Below are positions 52,282-62,930 of a DNA stretch of 64,000 nucleotides, piece after piece. Under the pieces are notes generated by a model. The model worked only from the letters and a program-made list of their open reading frames with translations, did not search any database and had not been told where the DNA came from. The first letter of the stretch is position 1; every line of letters begins with the position of its first letter. The position numbers and the translations under genes were made by a program. The stretch covers positions 62,001 to 126,000 of the forward strand of contig PPNB01000013.1 of NCBI GenBank assembly GCA_003707115.1, written 5' to 3'. Source of the DNA: Tortispora ganteri. Taxonomy: Eukaryota.

Positions 52282-54822
52282 TCGAAGAAATAAAGAAGAC
52301 GGGCCGGTAGTTTAAAAGTAGCAAAAAATAGCAAAGGTTTCTAAGATTATTTCGAGAACAGTGAGTTTGTAAAAGAGACTCTAAAATCGAGACGAGGGGG
52401 CAGCTGAGTGTTTGTATGTTGCGCAGCAGTGCCGGTAAAGCTTCAACTATGGGTATGTGACAAAAAATAATAAAACGGGCAGCGTCTAGATTCAGTAATC
52501 TTTCTGAACGAAATTAGTGTTTAACGATCAAGATTTGCAGTCGCTAGTCCAAGTCTGTGAATACAACAAGCAGAGACGGCAAAATACACAGCGAGTGCGG
52601 TAAAGTGATACGGAGCGCTGACAACGAGACTGGAGTCGGGTGACCAGTCAAAAGAAATTTAAGTAACTATTTGAAACAATAGATAAAGATAAATAGAATT
52701 GATTGACGTGAATACGCGTCGACTAATTTGTCTCTGGAGAGGAGGGGAGCGAAACAGCACCGAAAATGCAGAGGATGGCGACGGCGAGTGATTCTATCAG
52801 ACAGTCGTCAACTCAAAGAAATAGTCGAAACGGAAGTTTTTTCGCGCGGCAAAATGTGAGTATGCGAGGGTATATAACTGTTATAAGTAATATGGGTGCT
52901 TGCGCAGGGTACAGAGCGTAAACTAGCAAATCTAGAACAGTAAATGAAGTGAGAATGCAAGGTCAAGTTAACGGTAAGCCTGGTTGGTTAGTGTAGGCCG
53001 GAAAATAGGTAAGGCAAATAGGGTAAAGCTTGGTACAGAGTTTTGGTTGCCTGGAAGAGTTTATATTGAAAGATTAGGGTAAGAGTATTAAGAGTCGAAA
53101 TATGATTATAGTTCTGAGAAGCCTTACATTATACGTCCTCTATTGGTCAGAAAAGCCGAGATAATTATACCGGGAAATCTAATTGTAAATTATAGGTGCA
53201 AGTGTTTAGTATATGCAAAGCTTTAATTGGCTGTAAAGGTTCAATAAAGTTGCACAAAAGCTTGGTAAATTTATAGAATTTATAGTATTCGATTCTTAAT
53301 GGTTAGCGACAGTCAGCCTTACCGAAATGCATGAGCATATGTGGGAAAGTCCTAAAGGAAGAAAGAAAGGGGGAAGAATCCCGGAACACGGCATCGATCG
53401 CACCGTACGCGGAGAAACCAGGCAGAATCAATTTGGAATAGATGCGGAGTCCAACTTGGATAAAAGCGGTTGTGGCGGCAGATAGATCGATTTTCTCTAA
53501 TTTGATAAACCGAGTGTTTTTTAGTGCGGCGTTGACACAGATCAGCATGAGCAATTGACAGCAAAAAATTTAATTACGGGATGGATGAAAGTCTCCAATT
53601 TTAAGGTCAAATGTTAATGAGAAGTAGCCGGCTACGAAATTAGAAGTGTGAAATTAACGACGGAGAAGCCTTTGAGTATTTCAATATGATTCTGTGCCAA
53701 AGGTAGATATTATATACTCTCTTAGAAATGGTTCTGGACCGATAAATCAAGCAATTTTCTAAAAGGAATATTGCCGGCCTTCTCTAGAGTTCTTTGCGGC
53801 ATGTATAATAGCCTCCGAAATTTTGACAGGAGGTTGAAGGAGAAGTAAGTCAGCAATGAAATCGAAGAATGAACTCTAAATCAAAGTTTTTAACGCGAAA
53901 GACCGGCTGTTCGGACACGCATACCTGGCACAATAAGCATAGATTTTGAGGAAAGATGTAATTTAAGTAACTTTATTGGTTTAATGAAAAGTAAATTTTG
54001 CGTTAGCACTAAGTTTCTATGTGGATTTTTTACTGATTTAGTAACGCGAAGAGCGATAAATCTGCCAAAAGTCCGTGCGATCGATGTATTTGAACAAATA
54101 TTTACGGTCTACCAACTTTATGGAGTTTACAGTTGTTTGCTACTGAAATCTGCAGTATTTTCGATTTAATTTGCACCACAATATATAAATATGTACATTG
54201 TCTCACGACCGCTCGTCAACTAGTTGCGCAGCTTTTATTTTGAAAACTTAATAATTGTTTGGGTTCTAGACCTAACTAGTATTGCTTTCACCTATTACTT
54301 TTCAAATTATTAATACCATGAATACAAAAATTAAACGATTGATTCATAATCGTAGATAGAATTCCTCAAGTATATTTTAGATTTGTATAGTCTTCCCAGT
54401 CCAATCTACAGCTAGGTGCTGGCTGACTTTGATATTGATCTTCGGTTAAGAGTGCGATCCTTGCTGAGATCTCCTGCATTCATACTCTTAGCAAGAAGTT
54501 TAATTGTCTTCCTAGTACATATTTGAAGGTTCATAATGAAGAATCACTCGGCCTCTCGGCAATTCCTATTGCCTCCCTTGGCGATGACCATTGCTCGATC
54601 AGTCCGTATCTTCAGATCCATGTATGCTAGGGTACAGATATACTACTACGCTTTTAATTGGCCCGTATCGAACTAATTTAATGCTCATCGAGTGGCGTTG
54701 AATAACTATATTTAGTTGGTAAAGAACTACGTTTGTGACATTTTTGTAAAATAGCATCTATTTAAGCTTAAACAAAATTCTACTTTCACAATTCTGCTAC
54801 TCTGTCGTTAGTCCAACTAAGA

Positions 54823-54910
54823 GACTCCGTGGCCAAGCTGGCTAAGGCGTAAGACTGTTAGTACTCTAACTGTCATCTTAAGATCGTGAGTTCGATCCTC
54901 ACCGGGGTCG
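54823..54910 (+). tRNA. tRNA-Asn(GTT) with 14-nt intron (54861-54874)
   Basis: Acceptor GACTCCG/CGGGGTC, A box TGGCCAAGCTGG, anticodon stem TAAGA/TCTTA with CT-GTT-A, T loop GTTCGATCC. Confidence 0.95.
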
Positions 54911-54911
54911 G

Positions 54912-54920
54912 TTTTTTTTT
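54912..54920 (+). terminator. RNA polymerase III oligo-T terminator
   Basis: T9 run immediately after the tRNA 3' end. Confidence 0.85.
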
Positions 54921-55363
54921 ATAATGTCATTTTGATCAATTTTGCAGATATTTTAAATAAATAACAATTTAAAGCTGTTTTGAAATGCTAATACGGTCTA
55001 TATGACTATATTTATCGTATAAAACCAATTACTACTGCAACTATTGCCTACCTTACTTGGGAATACCCAATGGAGAAATTAAACAATATCATTGAGCGGT
55101 ATCTAACTTTATCCTTAGTAAATATCAATTTATTTTCCGACTTTAGATCGCTTTGTAACCATTATTAAATAGCTGTAGCGTGAAATAAACCTCCTTTGAT
55201 ATCAGCCGTTGTTTTTGTTCTTCAAGTTAGCTGCTGGTGGTAGTATACGCAACCCCTGAGAAACGTTATTGCGAACTCTAAAATTAGAGTTTAACAGTCA
55301 AAACGTACACACTCTATTCTTGTGCATATATAATTCATCTTCTATCTAGAAGAGAGGCACATC

Positions 55364-56614
55364 ATGCACTTTTCCATTGTCACAGATCACGTATCCAATA
55401 GGTACAATATCCTTGAAGAAGTAGGGGATGGGTCATTTGGTGCAGTGTACTTGGCCGAGAGCAAACGGGATCTGAGCATTGTAGCTGTCAAATCAATCAA
55501 AAAGGCATTCTCTTCTGCTTCAGACGGTGTGCGACTAAGAGAAGTCAACGCCTTGAAACATTTAGATAGTAATCCATTCATAGTGCAAGTATACGAAGTT
55601 GTGTATGATGCATCTACTCGATTGATTCATATTTCAATGGAGTATATGCCATCTAATCTATACCAGCTTATGCAAGCGCGACAGGGAGTCTATCTGGATC
55701 CTGCCTCTGTGAGACAGCTTATATCACAAATACTAGCCGGCCTAGTACATATTCATTCCAGTGGCTGGTTCCATCGAGACATCAAACCTGAAAATATTCT
55801 AGTCTCTTCTCGAGGCGAAAATGCTCTTTCATACTCTGTAAAGATTGCTGATTTTGGCCTCTCTCGCCAATTATGCTCCTCTCCTCCTTACACTAACTAT
55901 GTATCCACCAGATGGTATAGAGCCCCTGAAATGCTGCTCCAATGTCCCTACTATTCAGCGCCGTCAGATATGTGGGCTCTAGGCGCCGTCGCAATGGAGC
56001 TTGCAACTTTGCGGCCTCTTGTCCCTGGTGCAAATATGCTAGACCAATTACTTAAAGTATTTCGCTTACTAGGCTGTCCTGACCCTGAAAAAATGAAATC
56101 TCCTACTACCGGCGGTTCCTGGGCTCAAGCGTCAGTGCTAGCGGCTAAAATCGGAATCAATTTTCCAGTGACACCAGGAATTCGATTAGAATCGCTTATC
56201 CCTGCCCCTTCACAGACGCCAAACTTCTCTAGCTTCTGTGCTGCATTATTGTGCTGGAACCCACATGTGCGTCTAACAGCTCAACAAGCGCTGCAGCACC
56301 CATACATTCAGGAAGCCAAAGATGTTACTGGCTCTGTTGTCAGCAATGCTAACCTACTTAAACAGGTTCCCACAAATAGCAAAGTGCTAAATTCGCCAAA
56401 TGTTGTGTCTAGCGTTGTCAGCAATGCTGTTTATAACGACTCCGAGGATGCTATCACGAAACACATAAAGAGTCCGTTACAACCAAAAGAACAGATTGCT
56501 CAACTTGGAAACAACAAAAACGTTACCAAGAACGAGTCCTTTGATATAGGCAGAATAAATAGGTCTATACGTACCTTCCCATTCAGCTTTCGAAGATCAT
56601 ATAAAGATGCTTAG
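55364..56614 (+). CDS. IME2: Ime2/MAK-family protein kinase
   Basis: GDGSFG.V, LREV, FHRDIKPENIL, KIADFGL, PYTNYVSTRWYRAPE (TxY). Confidence 0.85.
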   Translation: MHFSIVTDHVSNRYNILEEVGDGSFGAVYLAESKRDLSIVAVKSIKKAFSSASDGVRLREVNALKHLDSNPFIVQVYEVVYDASTRLIHISMEYMPSNLYQLMQARQGVYLDPASVRQLISQILAGLVHIHSSGWFHRDIKPENILVSSRGENALSYSVKIADFGLSRQLCSSPPYTNYVSTRWYRAPEMLLQCPYYSAPSDMWALGAVAMELATLRPLVPGANMLDQLLKVFRLLGCPDPEKMKSPTTGGSWAQASVLAAKIGINFPVTPGIRLESLIPAPSQTPNFSSFCAALLCWNPHVRLTAQQALQHPYIQEAKDVTGSVVSNANLLKQVPTNSKVLNSPNVVSSVVSNAVYNDSEDAITKHIKSPLQPKEQIAQLGNNKNVTKNESFDIGRINRSIRTFPFSFRRSYKDA

Positions 56615-56730
56615 TCCTAAGCCGAAACGCAAAATTGAGCTTTATAACATTGATAAGCTGCTTTCTTATCAAAAGCGCCAATAAAACTAAAATTGCATTA
56701 GTAATATGTACGTTGCACATGTTGTAAGTT

Positions 56731-57876
56731 CTAGATAGAAACATTACTAGATATTCTTTCGGATGTATTTGTCGAGCTTGTGGACTGTGTGCTGATTGAC
56801 TCTATTCCCTGTTCTGTTAAGCCTAAGTCTTCTGATGAGAGGCCCGGAAGAACTGTATATTGGTAGTAGTGGGCATCATAGATACGCTGAGCTGCAGGCG
56901 GAATATTAGAAACAACAATGCCGTCTGCACCATAGTCTAGGAAGACGAGCCTTTCCAAGACAGTGAGCTCAAGAGTTTCGTTTGGGGAGGGGCGAGACTC
57001 GCAAGATGCTAAGTATTTCTGTAACGCTGCATCAGACTGTTCGTAAGTGGGCAGAGTCGGTGCAATAATATGATCGTGTTCAAAAGGCAGATGCATCGAT
57101 ATAGAGAAGCTTAACTTCATGTTAGAGCAGCGGCGTGCAAACTGAAGACGTGTTGTCTCTGAGTCAATGAACGCTGTGAGGTATAGAGAGTCAGTGCAAC
57201 TGATTAAGACAGTGTCCTTTGCCATTTTAAGAGATAGTACGGTACTCAGAAGAATAGACCATCCAGGAGTGTCTATACACGTTGGAACAAAAATGAGGCG
57301 TTGCGTTGTTAGCCATATAGACCCTTTGTTTGCAGCAGATCGTTGCATAGGCTTTTTAGATCTTGCAGCGTATATGTACTTGTATTTGCACAGACAACGT
57401 TCTTCTGGAAGAAATATAGGATCTTCTGCTCCATAGACATCTGGTAGCGGAAAGAACACTGACGGATGCACGTGAAAGCATGGGTTGTTCTGTTGAAAAG
57501 TGGCAGATGACACCCATGATGATCGATTAGAGATGGAAGTGGATGAAAGAGATTCTAGACAATTATCAGGCAGTTCAAACTGTGAACTGCCTGTTTCTGT
57601 TTGTGCTTCTGGCGATATTCCTACACAATCTAGCGTGCTGGACGGCTCGGTGGAATAAGGGGGCGGGCTAGTGGCGGGTTGTTGTGAGCGCAAGGATCGG
57701 ACTGATTGCGATACAGTCGAAAATAATAAAGACAAGTCTGAAAACAAGTACTTTTTGCCTAAGACATCAGAGTTATTTGATTGGTCGAGCACTGACGGGT
57801 TACGGGCTGCAGCACTCGGTCTGTCAAGGAGGTAAATGGTCGGGACAAGCCTCGGAAGATTGCTTAGAGTTTTCAT
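56731..57876 (-). CDS. Hypothetical protein with GRAM/PH-like segment and PY motifs
   Basis: KGSIWLTTQRLIFVP resembles the GRAM/PH-GRAM core; PPPY and LPTY motifs are present. Confidence 0.6.
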   Translation of the reverse strand: MKTLSNLPRLVPTIYLLDRPSAAARNPSVLDQSNNSDVLGKKYLFSDLSLLFSTVSQSVRSLRSQQPATSPPPYSTEPSSTLDCVGISPEAQTETGSSQFELPDNCLESLSSTSISNRSSWVSSATFQQNNPCFHVHPSVFFPLPDVYGAEDPIFLPEERCLCKYKYIYAARSKKPMQRSAANKGSIWLTTQRLIFVPTCIDTPGWSILLSTVLSLKMAKDTVLISCTDSLYLTAFIDSETTRLQFARRCSNMKLSFSISMHLPFEHDHIIAPTLPTYEQSDAALQKYLASCESRPSPNETLELTVLERLVFLDYGADGIVVSNIPPAAQRIYDAHYYQYTVLPGLSSEDLGLTEQGIESISTQSTSSTNTSERISSNVSI

Positions 57877-58219
57877 TAAGAGTAAGAGTGACGTGGGGCT
57901 AGATATGCAGGAATCTAAAAGAAATCACCAAACATAAAGTAGCAAAATACAAAATGTAGAGGGACAGCAGGCATATTACAGGGATATGTTTTAGGGTGTA
58001 TTGCGAAAACGATTAAGATGCAATTTGTTGAATAAGTAGAGTGTATAAGGTTTGACAGGTCAATAAGGTTTGGTAGTAGCATTATGTCAAAAATAGCATA
58101 TAGTGAGGCAAAAGGGAAAACGCCGTTATTTATTTAGTGCATTGGGGAACACCAGGAAAAACTTTTCTCCTTTTTTCTTTTAAGAAGTGACAACACCTGC
58201 AACATTAGAAAAATACATA

Positions 58220-58590
58220 ATGGTAAGTAATTGTATATAGTTACATTTCTAGGTATCGATGCTAACTATGAATAGTCTCAAGAAGAACTTGCTGCTACTG
58301 CCGTTGAACAAACTGCTCCTGAACAGGTCAAAAAGCCAACCTTTTTGACCAGACTTCTGAGCAAACTAGGGGTTAAAAAGAGCGACGGAGAGACCTCAAG
58401 TTTCTGGAAAAAATTTCAGGATTGGAAGTCAAAGAGATCTGAGTCGACTGCTCCTGCTGCTGCTACTGCCTCTGCCTCTGCTACCGCTGCTGCTCCTGAC
58501 TCTGATGCTGCACCCTCTGGTGCCACTGCTGCCACAGATGCCCCTGCTGAGACGACTAAGTCTGCTGAGCAACAAAAAGAGGCTAACTAA
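58220..58590 (+). CDS. Spliced 105-aa Ala-rich orphan protein: exon 1 58220-58222 (ATG), intron 58223-58275, exon 2 58276-58590
   Basis: ATG|GTAAGT...TGCTAAC-TATGAA-TAG|TCT CAA GAA joins in frame to the 58345-58590 ORF. Strong GCT/ACT codon bias. Confidence 0.82.
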
Positions 58591-59433
58591 CCAGCTAACC
58601 TATTGTCCTGTTAGCCCACAGAGCATTACCTAGTCTATCTCTAGCATTATGCCCTACACTTTGCTATAGTAAATAATATGTGTGTATTTCTGGTTTGACC
58701 CCTTGTAGCATGAACAGGAATTTGCAGTACTCGTCCCCTTTTTAGTCCTGCTTGTTCGCGCACTCCATCTACTTGGAGTTTATGGTACTACTATCTATGA
58801 ATTATTTATAGCTCATGCACATCGGTCCTAGCAGTCCCTGAAACTTTGGCTCCTTTTGGGCGACGCGGCCTGTCACGCCAAAAGAGAGGGGTGACCCCAG
58901 CGTGGCTCCAGTTGTAAAATAGGGTTAAGGGTAAACTACTAATAAGTCCATTTTCTCGGGTATAATTTCCTTTCATTACTTCATCCTGCTGTACCTGCAC
59001 ACACATCAGTAAATCCTTTCCGACCCTCTCTGCAGCCTTGAAATTAGGTTTTCTAGGTCAGCATCTGCAATTGCGTTTTTCGTTGCCTTGCAGCTATTTT
59101 AAACATTCCTGCAATACGTGTTTGCTAACTTATTGCAACCTCTTTGTAACCTTTGGCACACGCAAAGCACTCAACAGGACCCTCTCCTCCCATCTTCCCG
59201 CCTATCGCGCCCAACTTGTCTTTTACCTAACACTTGACCTCACTCCCCCCTTTCCCCCGGCTCCTGCGTTTATTTGTGCTTTATTTGCTTAGTATCCTGA
59301 AATTCTTCAGGAAAAAGGTCTTGAATTCACTTTATTTGTTTAATCTCCCCTTCTCAGCTCTCTAGTCTAACTACTGCAAAAACTTGCATCCTCCTGCAGA
59401 CTATATAACCCTATTGGCACCAGCTCAAACAAC

Positions 59434-60982
59434 ATGTCTGTTGCAGCTCCTATCCCTGACTCCATTTAGTAAGTATCACTCTTTGTTTTTTTTTTATTAC
59501 TTCTTCTCTTCTGGCTTTTTAGGCTGTTCTATATTTTGTTTTTTCCTTTGTTGACTTATACTAACCTGTCCTAGTAACCTCAGAATCGGCGGTAAATACC
59601 GAGTCCAACGCAAAATCGGCTCCGGTTCCTTCGGAGAAATCTACTTGGGCGTCAACATAATTTCAGGTGAAGAGGTCGCTATCAAGTTAGAATCGGTTAG
59701 AGCCCGTCATCCACAACTTGAATATGAAGCTCGGGTTTACAAAGCTTTGTCTGGTGGCGTCGGTGTCCCTTTTGTGAGACACTACGGCACCGAACGCGAC
59801 TATAATACTCTCGTAATAGACCTTTTGGGCCCTTCCTTAGAAGACTTATTCAACTTCTGTCAGCGTAAATTCTCTTTGAAAACTGTTCTTCTTCTTGCTG
59901 ACCAGCTTCTTTCCAGAATTGAATACATACATGCAAAGTCTTTCATTCACCGTGACATCAAGCCAGATAATTTTCTCATGGGTATTGGTAGACGCGGAAA
60001 TCAGGTTAATATCATAGATTTCGGCCTTGCGAAGCGCTACAGAGATGCGAAGACACATTTTCACATTCCTTACAGAGAAAACAAAAACCTTACCGGAACT
60101 GCTAGGTACGCTTCTATCAATACACATCTTGGCATTGAACAATCCAGGCGTGATGACCTTGAGTCTTTAGGCTATGTTTTACTCTATTTCTGTCGAGGTT
60201 CCCTACCTTGGCAAGGTTTGCGTGCAGCCTCTAAAAAGCTAAAGTATGACCGTATTATGGAAAGAAAAATGGTCACTCCTTCCGAAGTCTTATGTCGAGG
60301 CTTCCCTCCTGAGTTTACTATTTACCTCAATTACACAAGATCGCTACGCTTTGATGACCGGCCCGATTACTCTTACCTCAGAAAGCTATTCCGCAGTTTA
60401 TTCATTCGTGATGGTTTCCAATATGACTATGTTTTTGACTGGACTCTCTACAAACAACAGAACCACCCGCCTGCAGACTCCGCAGTAACGACTGCTGAAG
60501 GAGGCAGTAAAATGGCCATAACGGATAGTCAGACATTACATCAACAAGAACAATTACAGCAGGAACAACGAGAGCAGCAACTGAGGGAACAGCAACAACG
60601 CCTCCAGCAACAGAAACAGCAACAGTTGCATCAGCAACAACAGCTACAGCAGCAACAATTAGAACTAGAACAACATGAACGGCTGATGCAACAAGGTCAA
60701 CAGGATCTGTCTGGCCAGCCCGATAGTGGTAAAGAACCGGCTTTATTTTACTTGATCGAGGACGCTCCTCGCTATTCAGTAGACTTGATTCAAGTAGCAA
60801 AAGAACGGAGAATGGAACACGAGTATCAAAAAATGTTAGCGCGTGGAGTGCGTGAGTTTGATCGAACTCACAAATGGACCCAAACCAGCGACTACAAATG
60901 GATTCCGCCAGAATTGCCGCCAGAACTAAAGGATTACAAGGGACCACGAGGAGAAGCACCACCACAACCACCCAGTCACTGA
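59434..60982 (+). CDS. HRR25: Casein kinase I (480 aa), spliced: exon 1 59434-59468, intron 59469-59574, exon 2 59575-60982
   Basis: Splicing gives [84 protein letters not shown]. Intron GTAAGT...TACTAAC-CTGTCC-TAG. Confidence 0.93.
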
Positions 60983-61440
60983 AGTGTTTAGTTCTACTGA
61001 TAATGAAATTCACTGCAGCAAATGAGCAGCTAGTTGTTAGCATTTGTGTTTCAGTTGTGTTTCATTCAGGTCTCTATTTCACTCTCCGAGCAGAAAAGAA
61101 CCCGACTACTCTATGTGCTTTATATCATGTTTGTTTTAAACAACATGACCACTGTTTTCTGTAAACGTCTTATGACATTGAGCAGGGCGTAGTTTCTAAT
61201 TGGTCAAGAAATACGCACTGGAGCTATTTAAAACTTATTGACTTCATGTTTCCTATCTGGAGCAACGGGATGACTATTGATTTCCAAGGCCAAGCTTATA
61301 CTGTTTCCTTATTCTCAGACTTATAGCGCCGTATTAGGGGAAGAAAAAAGACCAGATATTAAAGAAATGAAATTACAAACACTGTGATAAATATCATTTA
61401 AGTTGCATGTAACTGAGTAATGTATAGGAGCGGAACGAAA

Positions 61441-62130
61441 TCACCAGTCAGAATCTGAATCATTGTCATTGTCATTTAATGCAACAGGCTGAGTGAATTG
61501 CAGGTCGTCTTGAATGTCATTGTCATTCATTTGAATAAATTTAGCAGATTTCAGTTTGTTGACAACTGTATTAATAGTGATAGGTTTCATTTGCGGGCCA
61601 AGGTAATTGGCAACAATGTCGCCGTTCTGGTAGAAGATCAACGTAGGCGTGTTAGATATAGGATAATTTTCGACGGCGCGATCGGCTATAATATCCATAA
61701 ATTTGATATGAGGGTATTTTTCTGCGATTTGTGTCAGGACTTCGGCGAGTTTTTTGCTGTCGATGGCGGAGCTTGACAGATGAACTACTACAGGGTCGAC
61801 TTTGCTGGCTTCAGTTACCTCTTGGTTCCATTCGGGTCGACTAAGCGGTAATACGGAACCGAATTTTCTCGAATATTCACGCTGAAGCTCATGCATGCGT
61901 TTACGCCGGTACTCAGCCATAGCTGAATCATCCTCAGTTAGAGCGTCCAGGGCATCTTCATCGCCCCATGCCCGATCGACCGGATGCATAGCGTCTGCTG
62001 TTTCTGCGGCAAAATCTGCTGCCTGTTGTAAGATTTCTTCCTCAGTAGGAGCCTTCTCAGGGATAATTCCATGTTTTCTGAGAATGTCATTCCATTCGGT
62101 GTCCTCGTTTGGATCTACTTCGACTTGCAT
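61441..62130 (-). CDS. PLP2: Phosducin-like protein
   Basis: DPNEDTEWNDILRKHGIIPE, EYRRKR..E, FGSV......W..EVTEAS, VENYP..N.PT. Confidence 0.9.
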   Translation of the reverse strand: MQVEVDPNEDTEWNDILRKHGIIPEKAPTEEEILQQAADFAAETADAMHPVDRAWGDEDALDALTEDDSAMAEYRRKRMHELQREYSRKFGSVLPLSRPEWNQEVTEASKVDPVVVHLSSSAIDSKKLAEVLTQIAEKYPHIKFMDIIADRAVENYPISNTPTLIFYQNGDIVANYLGPQMKPITINTVVNKLKSAKFIQMNDNDIQDDLQFTQPVALNDNDNDSDSDW

Positions 62131-62267
62131 TCTGGCATGTGGGTCTTTTCGAACTGGTTGTCAAATGGAAAGTGTTTTGTGGTGGTATTTCCAAAGGTAA
62201 AAAAATTCTTAAGCCTGCAAAGGCAAAGGTCAAACAAGATGCAATAGCACAAACAATTTTCCGAATA

Positions 62268-62930
62268 TTACAACATAAAATCCTCAATGATCTTATTGAC
62301 AATATTCGACGGAGATTTTACGCCGTCGGTCTCCTTTATGAGTCTGGAAACGGCCAGAGTGCTCTTGGTATCATCTCCCTTCACCCACACCATGCCATTG
62401 CGGCCTATACCTGTTTCAAAGACAATCGATTTCGCTAGCTGAGCCAACAATGAGTCGTTTCCAATTAGTTCATGCGCATGCGAAAGACTAACATCAAATA
62501 CATATCCGTCATTTAAAACGCCCAGGTCATCTTCATCGCACGTCAGTTCTGGTTCCACATCAGGATCAGCTTTGACTACACGGGCACAAACAACGTCTCC
62601 AGCTTCTAATTCTGGTTTGTTCTTACGGTGAGCATTCTGAAATGCAAGAGCAGGTAATATAGCCATATATGGCGCTCCAATATTCACCTTATATGTCTCA
62701 ACTAATCTCAAATCTATCACGCCAACAACTACATCACCTTGACGCGGTTCGTATCTCTTGCCAGGTGGTACTACAGCTGCACCCACAATATTTTTTCGCT
62801 GAAATTGTTGCACATGTCCAGATCTTGTCGCATACGCTGTGTTCGAGGCATAATTAATCGCAATTCCCGGCCCGATACGGACATTCTCGCTCATTCTCAT
62901 GATCTCATCTCCTGGATATGTGAATGTCAT
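62268..62930 (-). CDS. RRP40: Exosome cap subunit (S1/KH)
   Basis: PGD, IGPG, KRY.P..GD.V.G, Y.V.IG....A.LP.LAF.NA.RKNKP.L..GD.V.ARV, EPEL.C, G.NG.VWV. Confidence 0.9.
   Translation of the reverse strand: MTFTYPGDEIMRMSENVRIGPGIAINYASNTAYATRSGHVQQFQRKNIVGAAVVPPGKRYEPRQGDVVVGVIDLRLVETYKVNIGAPYMAILPALAFQNAHRKNKPELEAGDVVCARVVKADPDVEPELTCDEDDLGVLNDGYVFDVSLSHAHELIGNDSLLAQLAKSIVFETGIGRNGMVWVKGDDTKSTLAVSRLIKETDGVKSPSNIVNKIIEDFML

Noticed and set aside
53343..53356. GGGAAAGTCC resembling the RNase P/MRP CR-I motif
   Set aside because: No complementary P4 partner or other conserved regions were found downstream; more likely GAT1 upstream sequence.
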